This document shows, one piece after another, positions 19,185-28,824 of a DNA stretch of 64,000 bases. The stretch covers positions 21,833-85,832 of the forward strand of contig JAZNQK010000035.1 of assembly GCA_045590135.1 (NCBI GenBank), given 5' to 3'. Both the position numbers and the translations under genes were made by a program. Source of the stretch: Faecousia sp. Lineage in GTDB: Bacteria > Bacillota > Clostridia > Oscillospirales > Oscillospiraceae. The notes beneath the pieces are model-generated. The model saw only the letters and a list, made by a program, of their open reading frames with translations, ran no database searches and was not told where the DNA came from. Every line of letters starts with the position of its first letter. Position 1 is the first letter of the stretch.

Positions 19185-22100
19185 GTGTCTCAGCCAAAGC
19201 TGATTTCGCCAATGCTTGATAATTTTTTAATGGGTGAGCCGTTCAGCGACCACAACGGTGTCCGATGCTGTCCTGCAATGAAAAAGGATACGGATGAAAA
19301 ATACATAGTAAAGATCATTTCTGTACCTGCTTCACAGGTTCAGTTAGATGCCCTCTTGCTCACAGGCGCATATCCGGATAAGGCAGCTGCTGCCGCTTAT
19401 TTCAAAGAATTGGCTGACGGTGTAGTTGCAGAAACGCAGATCCTGCAGAAGTTATCTCAACTGGAAGGTTTTGTCCCCTATGAAGCCTGTCAGGTAGTGC
19501 AGATGGAGGATGGTACAGGCTACGATGTGTACCTGCTGGCATCCTACAAGAAAACCTTGGAGCATGTCTTCCGGAAGTCCACAATGACGCATTTAGGTGC
19601 ATTGAATTTAGGTTTGGATATGTGTGCCGCATTGGCTGTATGCCGCAGATCCGGCTATCTGTTTGTGGACCTGAAGCCGGATAACATTTTTGTCTACGGT
19701 GACAAGGAATTCCGAATCGGTGATTTGGGATTTTTGTCCCTGGATTCTCTGCGCTATACCTCACTGCCGGATAAATACCGTAGCGCTTACACCGCACCGG
19801 AAATTACAGATGCATTCTCTGCTCTGAATTCCACGCTGGATATCTATGCAGCCGGTCTGATCCTTTATCAGGCATACAATAACGGCGCATTACCGGAGAT
19901 TGTCGACGGTGAGAGCTTCCCTACCCCTGCCTACGGCGATTATGAGATATCTGAGATCATTTTGAAGGCCTGCGCACCGGATCCCAATGACCGCTGGCAA
20001 GACCCCATTCAAATGGGACAGGCTTTGGTCAGCTATATGCAGCGAAACGGTGCTAATGATACACCTATTACACCGGTTGTTGACCCCGAAGATATTCCCG
20101 GTGAAGAAGCTTTTGAAGAAGAAAACGAAAACGGTGCCTATTTGGAAGAAGAGCCTGTTGATGTTGCTGCTGAAGAAGTCCAAGAATCAGCAGCAGAACC
20201 TGCAGAAGAAGCGGATGCACATACTGCTGACGATTCTACCAGCGATGCCGATACCGTAGAGCAGACTGTTGAAGAAGTCTTGGCTGCTGATATTACAGAA
20301 GATCTGATCTTTTCTGAGGATGAGCAGGGCAATCTGACATTTATCGACGAATCAGAAGATGACATCAATGCAGGTGAAACAGTTCCGGGAAGCGATCCCT
20401 CTGATTTGGATCTGGAGGAAGTCACTGAAGAAGTTTCCCAAATGCTGAATCAGGCAGATGAGCTGATCGCTCACGATGCGCCGGAGCCTGTTGTTGTACC
20501 GGAGCCCATCGATATCCCGATGCCCGAACCGATCGTCATAGATGAAGAAAACGAATCTGTGGACGATGCTGATAACAATGTAGCATCCGATAGTCCTTCC
20601 GAGGCAGCCAACGAGGATATCTGTGAAACCGAGGACGCTGTTGAAGAAGAGGAAGCCCCGGAAGAAACGGATTTTCCTGCTGATATACCATCCGCAGATG
20701 AGACCACCTGTGAGGAAGCTGCACCAGCAAAATCTTCTCACTGGGTTAGAAATCTGATCATCATTGTGTCGATCTGCGCTATATTGTTGGCTGGTTGGCT
20801 GTTCTACCGCAACTATTATCTGCAGCCTGTGTCCATCACCTTAGAGGACAACGAAGGTGTTCTGACTGTTCTTGTCGAAAGCAAGATCGACGAGAAGAAG
20901 TTAACTGTTGTTTGCTCTGACACATATGGCATCCAACATACTGCGCCTGTGGAAAACGGCAAAGCTGTATTCGAAGCGCTTGCACCCAATTCTGCATATA
21001 CAGTTCAAGTTACCATTGACGGCTTCCACCATCTGGTAGGCAAAACTTCAACCGGATATACAACGCCGACACAAACCAATATCGTGCAGATGAGCGCAGT
21101 CACCGGCGCTGAGGACGGAAGCGCCATCATAGCTTTCACTGTGGACGGACCCGATTCTCAACAATGGATCGTACAGTATGCGACTGATGATGAGGATGTT
21201 AAAGAAATCGTCTTTACCGGTCATATGGTCAATATAAGCGGTTTGTCGATTGGTAAGAATTATGATTTCACTCTTGTTCCCTGTGATGATCTTCTTCTCA
21301 CCGGCAACAATCTGATAACCCACACAGCAAGTAAAATCATCTGTGCTTCTGATTTGGTCGTTACTGACTTTGCAAATAATATTTTATCTGTAAGCTGGAG
21401 CGCACCGGATGACACATCCGTTACTTCCTGGAGTGTCCGCTGCTACAATGCAAACGGTTATGACAAGAGCATCGTAACATCGGATCTGACAGCTGAATTC
21501 ACGGACATCAACCACACCGACGGCTATACTGTTGAGGTCACAGCAACAGGAATGAGCGTATGTCAAAGAACACAGATCACGGAAAATTCCATCAATATCT
21601 CAAATCTTGCAGTGATCCCATCTGACCCGGGCACCATCTGCCTTAGTTGGGATTCCAGCGCACCGATCGATTCTGCAGGATGGAAATTAGCCTTCAGCGT
21701 AAACGATGGTGAGATAAGGGAAATCACCGGCATCAGCGAAAACACCGTCACGGTCACATCCGTCATACCGGAAGGAAACTATACATTTACCGTTCTGTCT
21801 GCCGGCGGCAGCACTGTGTTTGGCGGCACGCTTACCTACACTGCACCGGAGGCCCAGGCCTTTGAAGGCTTTGGCATAACAGACAACGATATGGACTTTT
21901 ATATGTGTAGGACCCCTGATACATCACCCTGGGGTGTTAACGATCTTTCCAGATTTGATTACATCACAGACTTCTCTGTGGGTGAAAAAGCATCCTTCTT
22001 GATTTATCTGGGTGATGACTCCGAAATCACAGAGGATCCCCTGAATGTTTTGTTTATCATTAAGGATGCAGATGGAACAACCTTGAGTTGTATGTCCGCT

Positions 22101-22241
22101 GACTATACTTGGTCGGATTTCTGGAATGATAATTATGCAACACTGGATCTCCCCTGGCTTCCGGACACCGCCGGTCAATATCAAGTAGTCATTTGTTTCA
22201 ACGGAATGATAGCCTTTGATTTATATTTTGATATCCATTAA
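19185..22241 (+). CDS. Membrane-anchored Hanks-type kinase-like protein with acidic linker and extracellular FN3/Ig-like repeats
   Basis: YIVKII, FVDLKPDNIF, IGDLG, YTAPE, DIYAAGLILY; D/E-rich linker; TM NLIIIVSICAILLAGWLF; LSVSWSAP and LSIGKNYDFTL FN3-like segments. Confidence 0.8.
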   Translation: MSQPKLISPMLDNFLMGEPFSDHNGVRCCPAMKKDTDEKYIVKIISVPASQVQLDALLLTGAYPDKAAAAAYFKELADGVVAETQILQKLSQLEGFVPYEACQVVQMEDGTGYDVYLLASYKKTLEHVFRKSTMTHLGALNLGLDMCAALAVCRRSGYLFVDLKPDNIFVYGDKEFRIGDLGFLSLDSLRYTSLPDKYRSAYTAPEITDAFSALNSTLDIYAAGLILYQAYNNGALPEIVDGESFPTPAYGDYEISEIILKACAPDPNDRWQDPIQMGQALVSYMQRNGANDTPITPVVDPEDIPGEEAFEEENENGAYLEEEPVDVAAEEVQESAAEPAEEADAHTADDSTSDADTVEQTVEEVLAADITEDLIFSEDEQGNLTFIDESEDDINAGETVPGSDPSDLDLEEVTEEVSQMLNQADELIAHDAPEPVVVPEPIDIPMPEPIVIDEENESVDDADNNVASDSPSEAANEDICETEDAVEEEEAPEETDFPADIPSADETTCEEAAPAKSSHWVRNLIIIVSICAILLAGWLFYRNYYLQPVSITLEDNEGVLTVLVESKIDEKKLTVVCSDTYGIQHTAPVENGKAVFEALAPNSAYTVQVTIDGFHHLVGKTSTGYTTPTQTNIVQMSAVTGAEDGSAIIAFTVDGPDSQQWIVQYATDDEDVKEIVFTGHMVNISGLSIGKNYDFTLVPCDDLLLTGNNLITHTASKIICASDLVVTDFANNILSVSWSAPDDTSVTSWSVRCYNANGYDKSIVTSDLTAEFTDINHTDGYTVEVTATGMSVCQRTQITENSINISNLAVIPSDPGTICLSWDSSAPIDSAGWKLAFSVNDGEIREITGISENTVTVTSVIPEGNYTFTVLSAGGSTVFGGTLTYTAPEAQAFEGFGITDNDMDFYMCRTPDTSPWGVNDLSRFDYITDFSVGEKASFLIYLGDDSEITEDPLNVLFIIKDADGTTLSCMSADYTWSDFWNDNYATLDLPWLPDTAGQYQVVICFNGMIAFDLYFDIH

Positions 22242-22247
22242 CTAACG

Positions 22248-22281
22248 CAATGCCGCTCTGATAAAAGGGCGGCATTGTTTT
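22248..22281 (+). terminator. Terminator after the kinase-like gene
   Basis: CAATGCCGCTCT/AGGGCGGCATTG stem plus TTTT. Confidence 0.75.
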
Positions 22282-22314
22282 GTAAATTTTTCCTTGAAAT
22301 ATGTAGAATTTCTC

Positions 22315-22343
22315 TTGCAAATCAATCATTATAGTGATACAAT
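22315..22343 (+). promoter_or_regulatory. Sigma-A promoter of the aro leader
   Basis: TTGCAA-N17-TACAAT with extended TG. Confidence 0.7.
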
Positions 22344-22371
22344 ACATATGATTTTACTAAGGAGGCCTGTT

Positions 22372-22440
22372 ATGGCTGCATATTCTTGCTTTGCACAGTT
22401 TTATAGCTTTAACTACTATTACTTTTTTTACACTAAGTAA
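22372..22440 (+). CDS. Phe/Tyr-rich attenuator leader peptide MAAYSCFAQFYSFNYYYFFYTK (not in ORF track)
   Basis: AAGGAGG RBS 22359-22365; 6 Tyr and 5 Phe in 22 aa; directly upstream of a terminator and the aro operon. Confidence 0.88.
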   Translation: MAAYSCFAQFYSFNYYYFFYTK

Positions 22441-22485
22441 TAGCGATTTGTGCTGCAAGGATTCCAATGCAATTGGTATATTATA

Positions 22486-22521
22486 GCCGCACAGAATCGC
22501 TTCTGTGCGGCATCTTTTTTT
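22486..22521 (+). terminator. Attenuator terminator of the aro operon leader
   Basis: GCCGCACAGAA-TCGC-TTCTGTGCGGC then ATC and a T-tract; its 5' arm can alternatively pair with 22443-22456. Confidence 0.88.
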
Positions 22522-22535
22522 AGGAGTGTAGTTTT

Positions 22536-23537
22536 ATGATAGCAGTATTAAAACCCGGTACGACGCCTGAGCAGAAAGCGCATCTGCTGCAATGGCTTAA
22601 GAATATGAATCTGGATGTCCATGTATCAGAGGGTCAGGAGATCACTGTCCTTGGCTTGGTCGGTGATACCAGCCGCGTTGATATGGAGCTTTTAAGCAGC
22701 TTAGAGATCGTTGAGAGTGTAAAGCGTGTCTCGGAGCCTTTTAAGCAGGCAAACAGAAAGTTTCATCCCAACGACTCAGTTGTGGATGCGGCAGGTGTTC
22801 TTCTTGGCAGCGGTAATTTTGCAATGATCGCCGGGCCTTGCTCAGTAGAATCTGAAGAGCAGATCGTAAATGTAGCTACAGCTGTCAAAGCCGCCGGTGC
22901 GCAGATCCTTCGCGGCGGTGCCTTCAAGCCGCGAACCTCCCCTTACGCATTTCAGGGTCTGAAGGACGAAGGCATCCGGCTTTTACTGAAAGCTAAGGAA
23001 GCAACAGGTTTACCCATTATTACAGAAATTATGAATATCCGTTCAATTGATCTGTTTGAGGATGTGGATATCATTCAAGTTGGCGCCAGAAATATGCAAA
23101 ACTTCGATCTGCTGCAGGAGCTTGGTAAGACCAGTAAGCCGATCCTCCTGAAGCGCGGTCTTGCAAACACATTACAGGAATTACTGATGAGTGCAGAGTA
23201 CATTATGAGTGAAGGTAATGAAAATATTATTCTCTGCGAACGCGGTATCCGCACTTATGAGACCTATACCAGAAACACTTTGGATCTGTCTGCTGTACCG
23301 GTGCTGCATCAGCTGTCGCACCTGCCCGTTGTTGTGGATCCCAGCCATGCCACCGGCAAGGCAAGTCTTGTCCGCTCTATGGCGTTGGCTGCTGCTGCCT
23401 GCGGTGCAGACGGAATCATGATTGAGGTCCATAACGATCCTGCTCATGCATTATGCGACGGTGCTCAATCCATCACCCCGGATCAGTTTGCTGAACTGAA
23501 TATGCAGATTCGCAAGGTGCGGGAGGCGCTCCAATGA
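22536..23537 (+). CDS. aroF: DAHP synthase type I-beta with N-terminal regulatory domain
   Basis: [44 protein letters not shown]. Confidence 0.95.
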   Translation: MIAVLKPGTTPEQKAHLLQWLKNMNLDVHVSEGQEITVLGLVGDTSRVDMELLSSLEIVESVKRVSEPFKQANRKFHPNDSVVDAAGVLLGSGNFAMIAGPCSVESEEQIVNVATAVKAAGAQILRGGAFKPRTSPYAFQGLKDEGIRLLLKAKEATGLPIITEIMNIRSIDLFEDVDIIQVGARNMQNFDLLQELGKTSKPILLKRGLANTLQELLMSAEYIMSEGNENIILCERGIRTYETYTRNTLDLSAVPVLHQLSHLPVVVDPSHATGKASLVRSMALAAAACGADGIMIEVHNDPAHALCDGAQSITPDQFAELNMQIRKVREALQ

Positions 23538-24364
23538 CAGTTGGCATATTAGGACTTGGTCTGATCGGCGGTTCTCTTGCAAGAGCATACGCCAAGGCCG
23601 GTCATCAGGTATTTGCCGCTGACAGGGATACCTCTATGCTGTCCTTTGCGCAACTGGCAGGTGTTGTTGCAGAGCCACTTACAAATGAAAACATCGGCAA
23701 CTGTGACCTGATCCTTTTGTCTATTTATGCAGATGCATCCGCATCCTGGCTGGAAGAGCACGCGCAGTTTATCCAAAAAAGTGCCTTAGTCATCGATTGC
23801 TGTGGTGTTAAAACAGATATCTGCCGCAGGTGCTTCCCTGTGGCTGAAGAATATGGCTTTACCTTTGTTGGCGGTCACCCAATGGCAGGATCTCAATTCT
23901 CCGGATTTAAGTACAGCCGTTCCAATATGTTTCAAGGCGCGCCCATGGTATTGGTACCGCCCCGCTATGACGATCCGCAGCTGCTTCAGCGGATTAAAGA
24001 TGCACTACTCCCCTGCGGCTTTAAATCTTTTTCCGTCACAACAGCGCAAAAGCATGATGAGATGATCGCCTTCACCTCACAGATGCCCCATATCATCAGC
24101 AATGCATTCATCAAATCCCCTACCGCCCTGCTGCACAAAGGTTTTTCTGCCGGCAGTTATAAGGATCTCACCCGCGTTGCATGGCTGAATCCACAAATGT
24201 GGTCGGAGTTGTTTCTTTCAAATAAGGATAACATTTTACAGGAACTGGATTGCTATATTTCCAGTTTGCAGGCATACCGCAATGCCATTGAACAGGAGGA
24301 TACTCCTGCGCTGATTGCACTGCTGGATGACGGCAAACGCCGTAAGGAGGAGGTAGACGGATGA
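23534..24364 (+). CDS. tyrA: Prephenate dehydrogenase
   Basis: GLGLIGGS, GGHPMAG, HDEMIAFTSQMPH, DLTRVA. Confidence 0.92.
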   Translation: MTVGILGLGLIGGSLARAYAKAGHQVFAADRDTSMLSFAQLAGVVAEPLTNENIGNCDLILLSIYADASASWLEEHAQFIQKSALVIDCCGVKTDICRRCFPVAEEYGFTFVGGHPMAGSQFSGFKYSRSNMFQGAPMVLVPPRYDDPQLLQRIKDALLPCGFKSFSVTTAQKHDEMIAFTSQMPHIISNAFIKSPTALLHKGFSAGSYKDLTRVAWLNPQMWSELFLSNKDNILQELDCYISSLQAYRNAIEQEDTPALIALLDDGKRRKEEVDG

Positions 24365-25413
24365 ATACCGTTACCGTAAACACTTCAAGAAAATACTCTG
24401 TGCACATCGGCCAGGGACTGATGCAGGACATCGGTGCATATGTTTCCCAGCTTGGAAATGTTGAAAAGACCGCCATTATTTCTGACAGTACTGTTTGGAA
24501 CATCTACGGTGAAATCATTTCCGGCAGTTTGCGTGAGCACGGCTTTGATGTCTTTCATTTTGTGTTTCCTGCAGGCGAAGAAAGCAAGAATACAGATACT
24601 TATCTGCAGATTCTGAACTTTCTTGCAGAAAACCGCATCACAAGAAGCGACTGCATTATTGCCCTTGGGGGCGGTGTCACCGGTGATCTGACCGGATTTG
24701 CTGCCGCAACCTACCTGCGGGGTATCCCCTATATTCAGATCCCCACCACATTGTTGGCTATGGTCGATTCTTCTGTGGGCGGTAAAACAGCGGTAGATCT
24801 GCCTGCGGGAAAAAATCTTGCCGGTGCATTTTATCAGCCCTCGTTGGTCCTGTGCGATATCTGCGCATTGGACACATTATCTGACAGCATTTTTATAGAT
24901 GGCTGTTCCGAAGTCATCAAGTACGGTATCCTTTATGACAGTGCCCTTTTTGATCACTTGTATAAATACGCTACTGACTTTGACCGCACCTATGTGGTCT
25001 CAAGATGCATTGAACTAAAAGCCGGTGTAGTTGCTGCGGACGAGTTTGACCGCGGTGAGCGGCAAAAGCTGAATTTGGGGCATACATTTGGTCACGCCAT
25101 TGAGCTACGATCCAACTTTACAGTGTCCCACGGCAAAGCCGTTGCCATTGGAATGGCTATGGTGGCAAGAGCGGCTGCTGTAAAGAATATTTGCAGCGAA
25201 GATCTTCCGTTGCAGATTTGCAGCATTCTTACCGCATTTGGTCTTCCTACCAACACCGATCTCGAACCTGAGGAGATTCTCAGTGCTGCTATGTCAGATA
25301 AAAAGCGTCTTGGCAGCAAACTGAACCTTATCGTACCGGAGCAAATCGGAAAATGCTGCATTCTTCATTGTCCCATTGATGATGTAATAACCTTTATAAA
25401 AGCAGGTTTATAA
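24361..25413 (+). CDS. aroB: 3-dehydroquinate synthase
   Basis: GEESK, ALGGGVTGD, PTTLLAMVDSSVGGKT, LNLGHTFGHA. Confidence 0.96.
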   Translation: MNTVTVNTSRKYSVHIGQGLMQDIGAYVSQLGNVEKTAIISDSTVWNIYGEIISGSLREHGFDVFHFVFPAGEESKNTDTYLQILNFLAENRITRSDCIIALGGGVTGDLTGFAAATYLRGIPYIQIPTTLLAMVDSSVGGKTAVDLPAGKNLAGAFYQPSLVLCDICALDTLSDSIFIDGCSEVIKYGILYDSALFDHLYKYATDFDRTYVVSRCIELKAGVVAADEFDRGERQKLNLGHTFGHAIELRSNFTVSHGKAVAIGMAMVARAAAVKNICSEDLPLQICSILTAFGLPTNTDLEPEEILSAAMSDKKRLGSKLNLIVPEQIGKCCILHCPIDDVITFIKAGL

Positions 25414-25416
25414 ACT

Positions 25417-26622
25417 ATGGACATTACCATTTCACCCAAAAAGCTCAGCGGCACAATTTGCGCGATCCCTTCCAAATCCCAGGCGCACCGCCTTCTGATC
25501 TGTGCTGCCTTTGCCGATAGGGATACTACGCTTATTTGTTCCGCTACAAATGAGGATATCGAAGCAACTGCCGACTGTTTAAGAGCCTTGGGTGCAGTGA
25601 TCCATAAAAACGAAAACGGTTATCTGGTCAAGCCGGTTACTTCTCTACCGGAAAGTGCAGTTCTTAACTGCCGGGAAAGCGGCTCCACGCTGCGTTTTTT
25701 ACTTCCTGTTGTTGGCGCACTTGGTGTAGATGCTACTTTCTTGTTATCCGGACGACTCCCCAGCAGGCCTCTGTCGCCTTTGTGGGAGGAAATGCAGCGT
25801 ATGGGGTGTCAGCTTAGCAGGCCAACGGAAACAACGCTGCGCTGTACTGGGCAGCTTAGAAGCGGAATCTATTCAATTGACGGAAGTGTATCCAGTCAAT
25901 TTGTATCCGGCCTACTCTTTGCTGCTGCACTGCTTCCCGAGAAAACAGCAGTAAACATCACAGGAAGAGTTGAGTCCAAGCCATATATTCAAATGACACT
26001 GGATGCCTTGACCGCCTTTGGCGTCATCTGCGAAAATAACACCGTTGATGTCACCTATCCGTTTTTATCTCCAGGCGAAATCGCCGTTGAGGGTGACTGG
26101 AGCAATGCTGCATTTTTCTTGACAGCCAACGCCTTAGGTTCAGACATTACAATGCAAAACTTAAATCTAAAATCTTCTCAAGGGGATCGCAGGATCCTGT
26201 CTATTCTGGAAAAACTCAATAGAAATGTCACAATTTCCTGCGAGGATATTCCGGACCTTGTCCCCATAATGGCGATCGCCGCTGCAGCGATGCACGGCGC
26301 GACCTTCACCGGCATATCCAGATTGCGCCTGAAGGAATCGGACCGTGTGGCCACTGTATGCAATATGCTAACGCAGTTTGGCATCACTGCCGTATCTGAT
26401 GAAAACACATTAACTGTCTATCCGGGCAAATTCCGTGGATGTACCATTGACGCGGCCGGCGATCACCGAATCGCAATGGCAGCCGGTATCGGTGCAACCG
26501 TTGCTGACGGTCCTGTCACCATTTTAGGCGCGCAGTGCGTCAATAAATCCTACCCGGCATTTTGGGATGAATATAAAAAAGCAGGAGGTCAATATGAGCA
26601 GCACATACGGAGAAAATATTAA
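25417..26622 (+). CDS. aroA: EPSP synthase
   Basis: PSKSQAHR, ESGSTLRF, SSQFVSGLL, LRLKESDR, DHRIAM, KSYPAF. Confidence 0.95.
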   Translation: MDITISPKKLSGTICAIPSKSQAHRLLICAAFADRDTTLICSATNEDIEATADCLRALGAVIHKNENGYLVKPVTSLPESAVLNCRESGSTLRFLLPVVGALGVDATFLLSGRLPSRPLSPLWEEMQRMGCQLSRPTETTLRCTGQLRSGIYSIDGSVSSQFVSGLLFAAALLPEKTAVNITGRVESKPYIQMTLDALTAFGVICENNTVDVTYPFLSPGEIAVEGDWSNAAFFLTANALGSDITMQNLNLKSSQGDRRILSILEKLNRNVTISCEDIPDLVPIMAIAAAAMHGATFTGISRLRLKESDRVATVCNMLTQFGITAVSDENTLTVYPGKFRGCTIDAAGDHRIAMAAGIGATVADGPVTILGAQCVNKSYPAFWDEYKKAGGQYEQHIRRKY

Positions 26623-27667
26623 ACTTACGATCTTTGGTCAGTCTCACGGCGCTGCCATTGGTATGACTCTTGATAATGTACCTGCCGGACTGCCGGTGGA
26701 TACTGAAAAATTACAAGCCTTTCTAAATCGGCGCGCACCCGGTCAAAACGACCATTCCACACCCCGCAAGGAAGCGGACATACCGGAATTTTTGTCCGGC
26801 ATCGTTGACGGCTATACCTGCGGTGCGCCCATCGCTGCCATCATTCGCAACAATAACACCCGGTCTCAGGACTATGCTCAACTGAAGGATATGCCCCGCC
26901 CCGGCCACGCAGATCTTACAGCGCAGCTAAAATTCAAAGGTTTTCAGGATGCAGCCGGCGGCGGACACTTCTCCGGAAGACTGACTGCACCGCTGTGCAT
27001 TGCCGGCGGATTATGTCTGCAATGGCTGGAACAAAAAGGCATTCGCATCGGCGCACATTTAAGTGTTTGTGCCGGTGTTGCAGATGAGCCTGTCTATTTA
27101 GACTGGGAAAACCCTGATTTGGACGCTATCAATAAGGACTTCCCCGTTCTCAACATCGAATCCGGTGATAAAATGCGGCAGGCCATAGCTGAAGCAAAAG
27201 CAGACGGCGACAGTGTTGGCGGTCTTATTGAATGCGTCATTACCGGTCTTCCTGCAGGCTTGGGTGAGCCTATGTTTGGCGGTATGGAGAGCCGCATCGC
27301 GCAGATCGTATACGGTGTTCCTGCTGTTAAGGGTTTGGAATTTGGTTCCGGTTTTACAGGCAGCTACCTGAGAGGCAGTCAAAATAATGACAGCTTCTAT
27401 GTCAGTGACGGAATGATCCGTGCGAAGAACAACTATGCAGGCGGTATTTTAGGCGGCATCACCACCGGTATGCCTCTTGTTTTCCAGGTGGCGATCAAGC
27501 CGACTCCGTCCATTGCAAAACCGCAGCAGACTGTCTGTCTTAGCACTATGGAAGAAAAGCAATTACAGGTCAAAGGACGACACGATCCCTGTATCGCACC
27601 TCGGGCTGTACCTGTGGTCGAGGCCGCAGCAGCCATTGCTGTATTTGATACAATGCTATCAAAATAA
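26594..27667 (+). CDS. aroC: Chorismate synthase
   Basis: FGQSHG, PRPGHAD, GGILGGIT, IKPTPSI, GRHDPCI; AGGAGG RBS before ATG 26594. Confidence 0.96.
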   Translation: MSSTYGENIKLTIFGQSHGAAIGMTLDNVPAGLPVDTEKLQAFLNRRAPGQNDHSTPRKEADIPEFLSGIVDGYTCGAPIAAIIRNNNTRSQDYAQLKDMPRPGHADLTAQLKFKGFQDAAGGGHFSGRLTAPLCIAGGLCLQWLEQKGIRIGAHLSVCAGVADEPVYLDWENPDLDAINKDFPVLNIESGDKMRQAIAEAKADGDSVGGLIECVITGLPAGLGEPMFGGMESRIAQIVYGVPAVKGLEFGSGFTGSYLRGSQNNDSFYVSDGMIRAKNNYAGGILGGITTGMPLVFQVAIKPTPSIAKPQQTVCLSTMEEKQLQVKGRHDPCIAPRAVPVVEAAAAIAVFDTMLSK

Positions 27668-27681
27668 TGGAGGAATAAATT

Positions 27682-28824
27682 ATGGATATCTCTCAACTTC
27701 GCGGAAAAATCGATGAGATCGACAACGAGCTTGTCCGTCTTTTTGCCGCACGAATGGATGTAGCTGCGCAGATCGCAGATTATAAGAAAGATAACAATCT
27801 TCCTATCTTTGTTCCCTCGCGGGAGCGGGAAAAGCTTGCAGATGTTGCAAAAAAGGCCGGCCCGGAAATGGCAAATTATACGCGAGTGCTGTATTCTATG
27901 CTGTTTGAGTTAAGTCGCAGCTATCAAAGTAAGCGAAACAATTCTATCACCACATTGTATGAGCAGATCACGAATTCTATCGAAAACACCCCCAAGCTAT
28001 TTCCCCAGGCGCCTATGGTCGCCTGCCAGGGTGTGGAAGGTGCATACGCGCAAATTGCCTGCGAGAGGATCTTTAAGAATCCGTTTATTATGTACTTTAA
28101 GAACTTCGATGCTGTCTTTAATGCAATCGAGCAAGGTCTGTGTCAATACGCTATTTTGCCTATAGAGAATTCCACGGCAGGATCTGTAAAGAAGGTTTAT
28201 GACCTTATGATCCATCACAATTTCTCTATCGTTCGTACCTTCCGTATGAAGATTGACCACAATCTTCTTGCAAGGTCAGGTGCAAAGCTGGAGAACATCA
28301 AGGAGATCTACTCCCATGAGCAGGCCATCAACCAGTGTTCAGAATTCTTAAAACAGTTCCCTAATGCGAAGATCATCCCGGTGGAGAATACAGCAGTGGC
28401 AGCCAATATGGTGGCGTCCTCTGATTCTCTTGAGGTCGCTGCCCTGTCCAGCCACGCCTGTGAAGAGTTGTATGGTCTGCAGTGCCTTGCTGCTTCCGTT
28501 CAGGACGAGGGTAATAACCGTACCCGCTTTATCTGCATCAGTAAGAATTTAGAGATTTACCCCGGTTCCGACAAAACTTCCATTATGATGGTGCTGTCCC
28601 ATAAGCCCGGTGCTCTTTATAAAGTCCTTGCCCGTATGTATGTGTTGGGTATCAATGTTATAAAACTGGAGTCCAGGCCGATTCCCGACCGGGATTTTGA
28701 GTTTATGTTCTACTTCGATCTGGAAACCTCCATCTATTCCGAGGAGTTCGTACAACTGATGTGCGAGCTGGACGATCTTTGCGAGGAATTCAAGTATTTA
28801 GGCAGTTATTCAGAGGTGGTTTAA
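27682..28824 (+). CDS. pheA: Bifunctional chorismate mutase / prephenate dehydratase with ACT domain
   Basis: LRGKIDEID, PIENSTAGSV, SHEQA, NRTRF, LESRP. Confidence 0.94.
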   Translation: MDISQLRGKIDEIDNELVRLFAARMDVAAQIADYKKDNNLPIFVPSREREKLADVAKKAGPEMANYTRVLYSMLFELSRSYQSKRNNSITTLYEQITNSIENTPKLFPQAPMVACQGVEGAYAQIACERIFKNPFIMYFKNFDAVFNAIEQGLCQYAILPIENSTAGSVKKVYDLMIHHNFSIVRTFRMKIDHNLLARSGAKLENIKEIYSHEQAINQCSEFLKQFPNAKIIPVENTAVAANMVASSDSLEVAALSSHACEELYGLQCLAASVQDEGNNRTRFICISKNLEIYPGSDKTSIMMVLSHKPGALYKVLARMYVLGINVIKLESRPIPDRDFEFMFYFDLETSIYSEEFVQLMCELDDLCEEFKYLGSYSEVV

